63,079 nt of DNA, filler included, from Globobulimina sp. (GCA_003354225.1; 39 parts of 39 records of this genome joined end to end with filler, not necessarily neighbours in it), one strand, 5' to 3'. Shown: positions 1 through 11,348, numbered from the whole stretch's first letter. Made by a program: numbers and translations. Notes: generated by a model not told the origin, from the letters alone.

Positions 1-604
1 AATATGAGACGAAAGCGTCGAATATATTTTGTGAATTATATTTTTTAACGATGAAATATCAAAGAATTAAAGAGATTTTATATCAATCAAATCCGATGTC
101 GTTGCATGCTATTCAAGTTTATGAAAACTATGATATTTCTCAACTAGCTCCGAAATATAATTTATGTAACTTTGATGATGGCGAAGCTAACAATGATTGG
201 TGGCTGTCATCAGATTATGACCCAAATGATTTGGACCAATTTCATATTTAATAATCACTGTTTACATATTTGATTATTAAATGTTAATTTTTATTACATT
301 AGCAAGCAATTTTATGTTTATATTGTGAAATAACGGCAGCCTATCGATGATTCGTTTTATTATTGAATTATTTACATTTCATTGTATAGATGTTTTTTTA
401 TATTTTTTTTTGCGTTTTGTTAAATATATATATTTTTTAATTCGATCAACCAGCTTCTGGATGGGAATGATAACATTTTCTAATTGTTATAGACAGTGAA
501 ATCCGGTTTTATACATAGCAATGTTTCAAAAACAAAAAAGTAACCATCGCCTGTCGAACTGTAACTTTTTTGAGATATTTCAGCGAAATTAAATCACAAT
601 TTCC

Positions 605-1339
605 ATGGGCTCGACACTCTCTTTATGTTGTTGTGATGGCGGTTGTTGTAATTATTGTTATTGTGCAGAAAAAGATGTAGAGATTTCAAACGCTTCAAAC
701 TTATCGTCATTAATAGAAGACAGCAAAAATTGGAAAACTGGTGATCTTTTATTGGAGCATTATTCAGGAGCCCTAAACATGCCCGTTCAGGTTATCACCA
801 ATTCGCAATGGACGCATGTTGGAGTAATATATATTGACACAGAGAATGAAGATACAATGCGATTTATTGAAATTGTGAGTGCTGGTTTCTACAATTTTGA
901 AATTGGAAATCATGCGCAGTGGTTTTTAAATAAAAATAAAAATCACTATATCGGTCATAGAGCGTTGAATGAAAAATTAAATGATGAGCAATTGGAAAAA
1001 TTTAAAGAAGGAGTTAATGCATTAAAATCAAAGAAATACGATGCTTCATTGTCCGCTATTGGCGCTGGATGCGATTGCGGTGATTGTTGCGGTGGATGTT
1101 GCATTAAAATATGTAATGATAAATCTAATAAACAGGCTCGATTTGAACAATTTTTTTGTTCGGAATTGGCTGCTGAATTGTTACAAAGAGCGGGAATCAT
1201 GGAAACGAACATCGAATCTGATGAATATACACAGGCTGATTTTGATGAAAAACGAGAAACAAAATGGATAAATGAACCATTTATGTATAGTGATATTACG
1301 TATTATTGGAATGGAGAGATAAATAATAAAGAATCATAA
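605..1339 (+). CDS. Permuted papain-like amidase (YaeF/YiiX-type permuted NlpC/P60), probably N-myristoylated and palmitoylated
   Basis: KTGDLLL, SQWTHVGV (His), KKYD and FFCSELAAELLQRAG (Cys) in permuted His-before-Cys order; N-terminus MGSTLS followed by a Cys cluster. Confidence 0.8.
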   Translation: MGSTLSLCCCDGGCCNYCYCAEKDVEISNASNLSSLIEDSKNWKTGDLLLEHYSGALNMPVQVITNSQWTHVGVIYIDTENEDTMRFIEIVSAGFYNFEIGNHAQWFLNKNKNHYIGHRALNEKLNDEQLEKFKEGVNALKSKKYDASLSAIGAGCDCGDCCGGCCIKICNDKSNKQARFEQFFCSELAAELLQRAGIMETNIESDEYTQADFDEKRETKWINEPFMYSDITYYWNGEINNKES

Positions 1340-1398
1340 TTTCTTGTTAATAAATAAACATTTTCCATAGAATTTTAAACACAAATAAATTGAATATT

Positions 1399-1436
1399 AG
1401 ATTGATTATGAGATTGATTATGAGATTGATTATGAG
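1399..1436 (+). repeat. 12-bp tandem repeat (AGATTGATTATG) x3
   Basis: Three exact copies downstream of the amidase stop codon. Confidence 0.85.
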
Positions 1437-1522
1437 CATTTATACTCTCACTTAACTCACTCTCTGCGTTTCTAGCTCAGCAAAAAGATTAGCGAATTAA
1501 TATTAATAAACATGACACATTT

Positions 1523-1622
1523 NNNNNNNNNNNNNNNNNNNNNNNNNNNNNNNNNNNNNNNNNNNNTTAATTAATTAANNNNNNNNNNNNNNNNNNNNNN
1601 NNNNNNNNNNNNNNNNNNNNNN
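1523..1622. other. Artificial contig-joining spacer (N44-TTAATTAATTAA-N44); first of 38 such spacers, recurring about every 1.62 kb
   Basis: Same 100-nt block with stops in all six frames separates contigs of steadily decreasing length (1522 to 1519 bp). Confidence 0.99.
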
Positions 1623-1780
1623 TTGTATACTTCACATATTACGGATTTCGAAATCTTTTTTTTATTTATCCAAAGTTTTTACAGTTAAAAAAGTGAAAAA
1701 ATGTTAAAAAGTATTGAAATTCAATGAAAAGTGCTAAAAATGAATATTTATTTATGTGAAATTCCACTTTTATGGAGCAT

Positions 1781-2650
1781 TTAATTGCTTTTTTGCACAC
1801 GAAGCTTAAAGAATTTACTTCCACGTGGCAACATATGACAAAACAAATAATAAACAGTCAACAGTATGCCAATTATCTCTCCGACCATCAAATATGTGAT
1901 GAATCCATCACAACTGATCTTTGTCAGATTGCTTTTTTGATGATATACAAATCCCAAACCACCAGTAAAAAAAACCAATCTTAACGGATAAGTGACGAAC
2001 GTGCCTAAACCACCAATGTAATATATTTGCTTCTTTTGCAACAGCTTTCCGATGATCCGTATGTCCATAAATATTGTGCTTATTTCCACGGTTAAGTTCA
2101 GAGCAACGACATGCAACACAAATGGATTCATCACCAATGTCAGTAAATTGCCAACCATTGAAACTAAATGATGCACCGACATGGATGCCTTGTACGCTTT
2201 GCTCCCATCCGAGACAATCAGTGTAAGGTAGATTGTGTCGACAATAAAATAAGAGACGGAAAGCATGACAATAATTCGATAAATGATTAAATTGCCACTC
2301 GCAATGTTGTTGGCGGTCGTGATGTCTTCATTTAATTGGCAATAACATAGCATGTAAATAGATGTTGGTCCTGTGATTAACGCATGAACCAATGATGCAA
2401 TATATCCACCAAATGCTTTTTTGCTCATTTTAATGCTTTGTAGTTTATGCTTTGGCTGCGCATTATACATTTTCTCACCAATTATCCTCACACAAATGAA
2501 GAAAATACATCCAATTGCACATATCTGTAGGAACACTGAATCCGTGATTGATTCACAGAAAATGTGAAATAAACTTTCAAAACCTTTCTGCTGATTCATG
2601 TAAAACGCATCTTGCCTCCATTCTACGCCATTAATACCCAACAGATTCAT
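1781..2650 (-). CDS. TLC (TRAM/LAG1/CLN8) domain membrane protein
   Basis: SLVHA, SYFIVD, HHLVS, EISTIFMDIR and YPLRL motifs with several TM helices. Confidence 0.8.
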   Translation of the reverse strand: MNLLGINGVEWRQDAFYMNQQKGFESLFHIFCESITDSVFLQICAIGCIFFICVRIIGEKMYNAQPKHKLQSIKMSKKAFGGYIASLVHALITGPTSIYMLCYCQLNEDITTANNIASGNLIIYRIIVMLSVSYFIVDTIYLTLIVSDGSKAYKASMSVHHLVSMVGNLLTLVMNPFVLHVVALNLTVEISTIFMDIRIIGKLLQKKQIYYIGGLGTFVTYPLRLVFFTGGLGFVYHQKSNLTKISCDGFITYLMVGEIIGILLTVYYLFCHMLPRGSKFFKLRVQKSN

Positions 2651-4864
2651 TGTTGTACACTGTACCGGTGACTGTGACTGTGACTGGAGCTGCTTTTCAA
2701 TGGATATGGAATTGAGTTATGATCGAATTAAAGCTAGCTTTAGTCTAAGATCTGTAATTTGTGGTAATTATGGAAGTAAAATTCATAATTGCATATGTAC
2801 AGCTGAGCTGAATCTATTTATATATCCCAAATTATGTATATCATGCACGCATCTTTTAATAAGTCATTTCTAATAAGTCATGAGGCTAAATTTCGAATCA
2901 GTCTATGTATGAGTTTTAAAATCGACGTTTCGTCAAACGGCACGCACACAAAATGCCATGGGGAGAGCGTAGAGAAAGCAGTTGTGCCAAGTTTTGGAAA
3001 TGTTCAGAACTTCGTTTTTTTCATTATTTTGAAATAGGCATAGCCACTTTCACTTCAACCATCCTTTCGTCAACATTGTGTGTCTGTTTTATACATCAGA
3101 TAGACGCGCATTGAGGTAATGTAGACATCCCTAACTTTTCAGCNNNNNNNNNNNNNNNNNNNNNNNNNNNNNNNNNNNNNNNNNNNNTTAATTAATTAAN
3201 NNNNNNNNNNNNNNNNNNNNNNNNNNNNNNNNNNNNNNNNNNNTCCGAGAGGTCCAGGGGAGAACGAGTCAATCGTAAGACATCGAAAAGAGCTAATGGA
3301 GAGTCAACAAATGGCCTTGGAACGTACGGCAGTTATGACTGAACATCAAGTAATTTTAGAAATGGATGAATCGGACAAACAATTTCTGTTGCAGTTAATA
3401 CATGACACAATGGAGGTATTTATGCCCCTATCAGGTAATCTTGTTAGTAATTTGGATAATTTCAATGACATATTTTTATTAAAATGTTGGGGTGTTTTTC
3501 AAAATATTTGTGAAATGTATGCGGAAATAATACCAGATAGTACAGCTGGAAGCGTAACTATGCAGATAATCCGCCGAAGGCTATCTGATTCTACGGTATC
3601 GGGGACTTGTTGGAAAAAGTCATCCGAAAAACCAAGTCATACAGGATGTGATAGGAAATAATAGTCACAAAAATTAATGTGACATCTTAGGATACTAATA
3701 TTTTTGTTGTTTTTGGTTTACTAACATCTATGTCATTATAAGGATTCTTGTAAACCTTAATAAATATCGGGGATGTATATGGTTAATGAACTTTCAGGAA
3801 ACCATATGATGCATGGTTATAACATCACAATACTTTTATGGTGGTGTCGCTGGTCGGTAATAATGGCCAGACTTCACTTTCTTTTGGAAATTCAACGCGT
3901 ATGCATGTTATTTAATCTTTGTTGTTGTTTGTTATAGTAACCGATACATAACACAGATACAGTTAGTGGGTGAGATAGTCGACGATCTTTCCGACTAAGG
4001 GTGTTTGGTTATAAGTATGGATTACGGATGTAATATCATGCATGCGGGTTGAAGGATTAGAATTTCTAACTGTCAAATGGAAGTGTTATGGTGGCGAAGT
4101 ATTCTTCACCGTGTTCGGTCGTTGAGGATAAGATGGTAACTGAACATGTTGTGGTACGGGGTAGCACATAGGGAGTGGAAGTATGAGACCTGTGAGTCCT
4201 TAATCAAAATAACTGGCCAGTTGGACACTTGGGATTCTCAAGCGACCACACCCACCTATCGTATTATATTCTAACGATAATTGTAGCTGGTAGTATCATT
4301 GTTTTGACTTCAGTATGCCATTAATCTAGAACTTCAACATAGAAGAACTTCAATGCCCTGTGAATAACACCAGACAGAGGACATAAGTGAAATGGATTAA
4401 TATTCCAGTAACGTGATACTGAGGATAAATACTATCGATTAGAGGGGAATTTTTTCTATTTTTTGGGATTTAACCTCATTGTATATTTGAGAGTTAATGG
4501 TAGAAGGGTTTCCTGAATGTTTTATTCTTTTGTATTCCATCCCATTTTTGGCTTATTTGGTTTTTACCATCTATGGTTTACAAGTTTCCTTTCGTATGTG
4601 CTGAATCTTTGTCGGTTATGGCACAAATCCTCAAATTAGGGGAGGGGAGGGATCCGAAATTAGTATTTTGTATTCTATTTCGTATTTTATTTTTGCATTC
4701 TTCGAAACTCCTAAAGTTTTGACAAAAAAGCAAAGCCTTGTTTTGTTTTATACATAAATTCTAGNNNNNNNNNNNNNNNNNNNNNNNNNNNNNNNNNNNN
4801 NNNNNNNNTTAATTAATTAANNNNNNNNNNNNNNNNNNNNNNNNNNNNNNNNNNNNNNNNNNNN

Positions 4865-5257
4865 TAAGTACCATTGCTCCCAATTGATAACATGTGTGTT
4901 GGATGGACCAGACACAAAGGTCTGCCATTTGAGAAAGGAGGTGAAATATTCGCGTAGTTCTGGCTCAGAGTATAGGTTCAAAACAATGTATTGGTTGTGA
5001 CATTTTACACGTACAATGGGATAGTCTTTGCTTTTAAATGTTTGCGCTTCTGAATGGGATAAGGAGTCTGTAACAGGCGATATACTGTGTTTGTCTGCGA
5101 GTTTTAGGTAATAATAACCATCTGGTTTATCGATACAACTATTTTGTAATATTGATAATGATAATTCTGTGTTTGGTGTGTGCGCGCCATCAGCGTTTAA
5201 TTGCACACGTGATGATGCGGGAAATATAAACAATATCAGTAGCAAACCTAACGACAT
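4865..5257 (-). CDS. Secreted hypothetical protein, 3' partial
   Basis: Signal-peptide-like N-terminus MSLGLLLILFIFPASS; frame open to contig end. Confidence 0.55.
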
Positions 5258-5321
5258 TGGTTAAATTTAAATGTTGCACTCCAAACGTTTTTTTGTTGCT
5301 TGAGACCGGAGTACATTCACA

Positions 5322-6305
5322 ATGGCAGCACCACGTTCCTATGAGAAATACATGGAAGAAGATGAATTAAAGGCAAAATCAGAAGAAATTGACTTAATTC
5401 ATGTCGATTTCGATTGGACAGAGTTTCGAAATCATGGCATGAGATTTCCGTTTGGATTAAATTCGTCAGAACCTAAACGTAATGGACATAGCAATGGAAA
5501 ATATAATAAAAATAATAGCACCAATAACAAAAGCAACAACAGCAACATTGGTACAAATAAAATGTTTGAAACTCTGTGTCAAGATTGGACTAAACTTTGC
5601 CATGAAATGAAACTAAATAATAACAACAATAACAATGATGATGATGCCGTGATCGTGAATGCATCCACAAATTGCAATGCATTGTCATCAGAGTGTGGCT
5701 GTATAAATAGGTTATTATTTATATTAACAACATACCATAAATGGTGTCAAGATATACATAATGACAATGGCATTGGCAGCGGCCTTTCCATTGTACAGAT
5801 CATAGATAATTTGCCATTGTATTCATCCATAGCGTTATACAATGATTATTGCCATATGTTAGATTTCCATTCCTCACTTGAAGAGTTTTGGAGCTTTGTC
5901 CATCATAAATTCAATACGTGTGATCTTCAAAAATGCAAATTATTTATGCGAAACCATCGAAGTCGGGAAAATTTTATGGAAGTAAATGCGCGAAAATCGC
6001 TGTTTTTTGGCTATGAACGTTCCGATGATGTGATAAATATACAATTTTTAGATCGCCTCCATACATTTTTGTTGCATTCCAATATAAACATCTCCGAAGA
6101 AAATAGTTTGTACAAAAACGTAATTAAGAACAACGAGCAAGAAATTGAGCAAAAGTTACGAAAATTTCAAGATTTTCGAATAAAACGACAAAAGGAACTG
6201 CAAAAATGTCAAATAAACTTAGCCAATAACACCAAATTTGTGACTCAAATTGAAGAAGAAAAAAAAGAGAGTTTTGTTATGTTTAATTGTGTCGATCATT
6301 TCTAA
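5322..6305 (+). CDS. Hypothetical protein of a lineage-expanded family; probably continues through an intron to the contig end
   Basis: 327-aa ORF with CINRL..IL..Y, NDY.H..H, C....C..F.RNHR and LD.LH.FL.H pattern; Asn-rich linker. Confidence 0.6.
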   Translation: MAAPRSYEKYMEEDELKAKSEEIDLIHVDFDWTEFRNHGMRFPFGLNSSEPKRNGHSNGKYNKNNSTNNKSNNSNIGTNKMFETLCQDWTKLCHEMKLNNNNNNNDDDAVIVNASTNCNALSSECGCINRLLFILTTYHKWCQDIHNDNGIGSGLSIVQIIDNLPLYSSIALYNDYCHMLDFHSSLEEFWSFVHHKFNTCDLQKCKLFMRNHRSRENFMEVNARKSLFFGYERSDDVINIQFLDRLHTFLLHSNINISEENSLYKNVIKNNEQEIEQKLRKFQDFRIKRQKELQKCQINLANNTKFVTQIEEEKKESFVMFNCVDHF

Positions 6306-6492
6306 CAAATATATATTAACCCAACAGATAAAAACAAAGATGCAGAAAATCATAATATTAATGATTGTGCTCCTCCAGAAATGAANNNNNNNNNNNNNNN
6401 NNNNNNNNNNNNNNNNNNNNNNNNNNNNNTTAATTAATTAANNNNNNNNNNNNNNNNNNNNNNNNNNNNNNNNNNNNNNNNNNNNAAAGTTT

Positions 6493-6577
6493 TGTGAGGG
6501 GTAGGATTCGAACCTACGCGAACAAATAGTTCACCAAGACTTGAGCCCGGCGCCTTAGACCACTCGGCCACCCTCAC
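6493..6577 (-). tRNA. trnL-CAA: tRNA-Leu(CAA), intronless, no encoded CCA
   Basis: Reverse complement GTGAGGG-TGGCCGAGTGGTCTAAGGCG-CCGGG-CTCAAGT-CTTGG-long variable arm-GTAGGTTCGAATCCTAC-CCCTCAC-A; perfect 7-bp acceptor stem, A and B boxes. Confidence 0.95.
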
Positions 6578-6885
6578 CTCTGTCTGTATGATGCCGATTA
6601 CTGTATCAATATCGAATATTTATTGTTTGTATAAATTCCAATGAAAATATAGCATGCGGTATAGATGTATTAAATCACACAATGTTTTAGCATTTGATGG
6701 TACAACGTGAACATCGTTGGGGTAAGGTATGACCTGAGCATCGAATGGTGGGAGCATCTGGTTTTGGACGAAATTGATGTAGACCAAAAGATCGGACAAT
6801 GTTCGTTCTTGTTCTTGATTAATGATCTGAGAAACGATTAATACAATCACTAGGCAAACAGTAAATTCGATAATCCATTCCAATA

Positions 6886-7653
6886 TTAAAACCAAGCGGT
6901 AATACGGAATAATACAATGCCAATTAGCTCCCAATCGCTCGTTTCATACAGTCGTTGGAATTCTCGACCGAAATCTTTTCTCATAATCGCATCTTCCAAA
7001 TTGGATAGGGCGGTGGGGCTAGAAATATCAAGTGGGTATCGTCTATCGAACAAAGCGGTATTTGAACTGGGGTAGAAATATCGTAACTTTCCATTTATTC
7101 TAGATCTTAAAAGCAATCCAAGATCGATCACGAGCTTGACTTTTAACTGCCTTTTTATTTTAGTTTTCAACGTTTTCAACGTCTCTCTAACATCTGCTCG
7201 ATCTAATCTTTTTTTCTTGCCATCGATACGATGGTAAATTTCGACTTTTTTCCTATAAAATTCCACCCCCGTTCTACACTTTTTGAATTCTCTTAAATAA
7301 TTTTCGCGCTCTTCTTCTTCACCCACTATCGCATTATCATTATTGGGCAATTCCCACGGTCTGACCATCGAACTTGGACCTTCATCTTGATGCTCCAACT
7401 CGTTGCCATCTTCAGGGGTGGTATTTCCTTGGGGTGTGTCGGCACCACCGCCACCATACTCGATTAAATGGTCGTATAGCAAATGTTCTTGCAATGTGAC
7501 AGATTTTTTAAAACTTCTCCGACATCGAGTACATTTATAAGATTCGCTTTTTTTATGGTTTTGTTGACAATGTTCATGAAAATCTCCATCAATATCGGTG
7601 GCACAAATATAGCAATACAGATAATAGATATAAACAAAAATTAACACGCACAT
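6886..7653 (-). CDS. C2H2 zinc-finger protein with a domain resembling the N-terminal region of Polinton/Maverick DNA polymerase ORFs
   Basis: YKCTRCRRSFKKSVTLQEHLLYDH finger; KLVIDLGLLLRSRINGKLRYFYPSSN...SDWELIGIVLFRI resembles the K.NLSFGFILRN...GELRYY.AS.N...SKW motif; true start uncertain. Confidence 0.55.
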   Translation of the reverse strand: MCVLIFVYIYYLYCYICATDIDGDFHEHCQQNHKKSESYKCTRCRRSFKKSVTLQEHLLYDHLIEYGGGGADTPQGNTTPEDGNELEHQDEGPSSMVRPWELPNNDNAIVGEEEERENYLREFKKCRTGVEFYRKKVEIYHRIDGKKKRLDRADVRETLKTLKTKIKRQLKVKLVIDLGLLLRSRINGKLRYFYPSSNTALFDRRYPLDISSPTALSNLEDAIMRKDFGREFQRLYETSDWELIGIVLFRITAWF

Positions 7654-8460
7654 AGTTGTAGACGCCCCATATGCGATGCAATAGCTAAAGCAATGGGTGA
7701 AATCGATATTTCATCCCCCTCATCCCGTTTCCATGGCAACCGGTTGTCTATTGTAAAGTGGTAGCGATGGGCGACTCCAAATATATGCTAGCCCCCTGTG
7801 CCAGTGTTGGCTATTATTAGACGACCCAAATAAATCTACACCGTGCGTTCGCATATACACAATCCATTGTAAGTTGGCCCCATTTTCGGTGGTTCGCAAA
7901 TATGCTTGTTTCAACAACAACAACCTGCTGCTATATATAGAGAACAATATACTATAAAGCGTAGGTCTGCGGCGATCTATTATTTATTAAGCAATAAAGC
8001 GTGGATNNNNNNNNNNNNNNNNNNNNNNNNNNNNNNNNNNNNNNNNNNNNTTAATTAATTAANNNNNNNNNNNNNNNNNNNNNNNNNNNNNNNNNNNNNN
8101 NNNNNNTTGCTCGCTAAATTGTACGAAAAGGAGATATCCAAATCCGCTGCTTTGTTCTCTTCGTGCAATGAATAAATCTCTTTTAAATGAACGATATTGG
8201 CGCCACATCCGCTTGATTTCAATAACTTTGCCTCTTTATTGACCACTTCCACTCCGTTGAACACAACCTCATTAACTGTCTTATGTGACTGTTATGTATG
8301 TCGCTTATTTGTTGCACAGAACTGAATGATATCACAGAGAGGGTTTCATACCGTTGCCATACTTTAAATAATGCTTAATCACCGATTTGAAAGATGAAAA
8401 CTTTGGCAAGTGATTTTTACTTAAAATGCGGAAAACTCACTGCAGTTGCGGAAAATGTTT

Positions 8461-8532
8461 ATATAATGTGTTACCTTTCCAGCAGAAGGAGTCCAACATA
8501 CCAGTGATACCACTCAGGTGTCAGATATATAA
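8461..8532 (+). repeat. Left copy of a 63-72 bp inverted repeat pair
   Basis: ATATAATGTGTTACCTTTCCAGCAG(A/C)AGGAGTCC...ACCACTCAGGTGTCAGATATATAA matches the reverse complement of 9480-9542. Confidence 0.9.
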
Positions 8533-8802
8533 TAGTCTTTTATCAGAAGTCAGTAAAACACAGTTTTTCAAGATGGGGGGGGCGCGTCTTAGGCGCGAAA
8601 AACACATTACTTTCCCTGTCGAATGAAACGAAATGAAACGAAACGAAACTAAGCCAAACTGAAACTAAATCATTCTACAGGGAAATAATTATAAATATTA
8701 AAAATTTTGTTACGAACAGACGAATGTAATAAAAAAACAACAAAACTAAGTGAGAAACGAAAAAGTGAGCATTATTTTAAAAGCAGTGTTTATGAGTCAG
8801 TA

Positions 8803-9627
8803 TCACCACAAATTCCATCCAAAAATGATACACGAATTATGATTTTGATGGTCATTGAAACCACGTGGTGTTTTTTCTAAATTTGTTTCTTGTTCCAAGC
8901 TAGTTTTATCATTTAATAATATATTCTCTTCATTATATTCACTTGGTATTGGTATTGGTATCGATGTTTGAGATAATTTCAAATCTTGCACAGTTGGTAC
9001 TTGTGGTTGATGTATACCAATTGGACTCTCGCAAACATCATACAAATCAGATAACGTTACATCGTCAGAATCCGCATTATGATCATGTAACGTTACATAT
9101 CCGTCGTGTTCGTGTTCGTCTTCATTGTGAGGTACACAATAAACATCAACACCAAGTTTATCATCATGATATAATTTCTTATAACTGCTAAATTGTTTTG
9201 AATCTAAATCCATTGCGGTGGTTTTGAATGCCATTGGATGGCCGCCGCCAATCATTAATAAAGAAGATTGTGCAGACATTGGTGTGGCAGCATATAACCC
9301 GTCAGAACTATTGCTTTGTCGCATGGCAAATACATAATGATTATGACCAAAAGCATTAACATTGGAATCAATTGCATCCAAATTCAAGTGTTCAGGCGCA
9401 TTATGAGCGGATTTACCGATTGTTAATCTTATATTATATTAGAAATATGAACAGAAACACAATTATATTGTTTATAATTTTATATATCTGACACCTGAGT
9501 GGTGTGTGGGACTCCTGCTGCTGGAAAGGTAACACATTATATTTATCTTTACTGATTTCCAATTGATGCTGTAAGTAATCGATTTGTTCTGTTTTCTGTT
9601 CCAATGCCATTGCTGTACTCTCCATCT
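8803..9627 (-). CDS. Hypothetical protein, 5' partial; coiled-coil exon plus low-complexity terminal exon
   Basis: ORFs 9434-9625 and 8803-9387 on the same strand, separated by an AT-rich intron-like gap; splice donor unresolved. Confidence 0.45.
9480..9542 (-). repeat. Right copy of the inverted repeat pair
   Basis: Reverse complement of 8461-8532 with a 9-nt internal indel and few substitutions. Confidence 0.9.
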
Positions 9628-9727
9628 NNNNNNNNNNNNNNNNNNNNNNNNNNNNNNNNNNNNNNNNNNNNTTAATTAATTAANNNNNNNNNNNNNNNNN
9701 NNNNNNNNNNNNNNNNNNNNNNNNNNN

Positions 9728-10299
9728 AGTCTTCAACAAAAACTGGCAAATTAGATATAAAACGGTTTAGCATCAAACATAATATCCCACAAAAAATAAA
9801 ACAATCACAATCAAAATCATATAAACACAATGCGAAATTACATCGATATATGATCGGAAATACAAATGATACATTAATGTTGGAGGGAAGGATGAAATTT
9901 ATTCACAATAAATTACAAAATAGATTGCATAAAATGATAATACATAAATGTTATACATTACAACAACAATTAATTGAATCAGTTGATGATATTTTAGAAA
10001 AAGAAATTTTACACTTTGATCATAATCGTGTTAGCTCAAACAACAAAAAAACACTGTTTGATCCGAAATCATTTGAATCAAATCAGAAGAATGCTGTAAA
10101 AAATGAGAAAGAATTTACTGAAATGAGAAATACATTGGAAACTCATATAGACGTAGCAGACATAGCTGATGTTGTGGATATAAAGGGAAGTGCCGCTAAA
10201 ACACAATTGCAACAAACACGTGATATAATAGATGATACAGAGTCTGATCTCGATACACACGAATTAATAGCACGACTCACTACAAATAAACCGTTTTGA
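9728..10299 (+). CDS. Hypothetical protein, 5' partial
   Basis: Open frame of at least 149 aa ending in TGA, then an AT-rich 3' region. Confidence 0.4.
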
Positions 10300-11348
10300 T
10301 GACTGGAAACGTTTTGAAATATATTATTATTATTATTAATACTTAAATAGTTTTATACCATCTTTTTCCTCCTTTAAATTAACATATCGTAACTTATTGG
10401 TAATAACTCCGTGATGATAACTCAACGGTTATAACACAATGGTGACCCATCAATGGTAACATAATATAATTATGTCGTGTTGTTATCTTTGAGTCTGGAA
10501 TCGGACTTACTCGCCTTTTAAAATTTTGCCGCTTCGGTGTTAATCTGGTGCGATGTGCAAGGTGCAGTGCAATGATAGTAATGATGTTTCGTTTCTTTTG
10601 AACAATTTTTTGCAATTTAAAATTATTTATTTTTTTTGGTTTTGAATGGCAATCGCCACAAGAAAAAAAAAATAGAATAACAATCAAACATAAACAAAAA
10701 ATAGAATAACAAAAATAGAAAACCGAAAAAGGAAGAAAAATACAAACATAAATGATAAATAAGAACGACTTCGATTGAGAAGTAAATTACAACAACGAAT
10801 ATGATCATGTATTTGATAAATAAATATGACAAACAATAAAAGTTATAAAACTGTATAATATTATAATAAACTTAAATAAGTCATGAATTTGAATATGAGC
10901 ATTTATTGTCTCACCTTTGTTGAGATTAAGATTAAGATTGATTGACTGTGTGATTTAATATATATTTTTTAACATATAAAAATGGGATAATTGATACGTA
11001 ACTGGCCTGTAAGTAGCTCGCCTGCTGTCTGACAACATGTATATCGGGCGGTACTCCTCTCTCCTTCCATGTATTTTGTACAGTGCTATTATTATTAGTA
11101 CCACTATCACCATTATTATAGGGCGGTGGCGAATATTCCAATCGCATTAAAGTTCTTACAGGGTATCGTCTAATTAGTTTTGTTTTTAATGATTTGCTAT
11201 TACTATCTAAATTATGCCCAAAATGAACATCGCGAGACCTATCAACAGNNNNNNNNNNNNNNNNNNNNNNNNNNNNNNNNNNNNNNNNNNNNTTAATTAA
11301 TTAANNNNNNNNNNNNNNNNNNNNNNNNNNNNNNNNNNNNNNNNNNNN

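Noticed and set aside
1523-1622. Regularly spaced TTAATTAATTAA motif as a biological repeat
   Set aside because: Always embedded in fixed N-runs; it is an artificial six-frame-stop linker. Gene neighbourhoods across linkers were therefore not interpreted as clusters.
3244-4764. Contig with a 121-aa ORF and stop-riddled coding-like sequence
   Set aside because: No recognisable domain; could be a decayed element, but I cannot support a call
8107-8280. Possible kinase subdomain III-IV fragment (EAKLLKS...NIVHLKEIY) on the minus strand
   Set aside because: Too short and lacks diagnostic catalytic motifs
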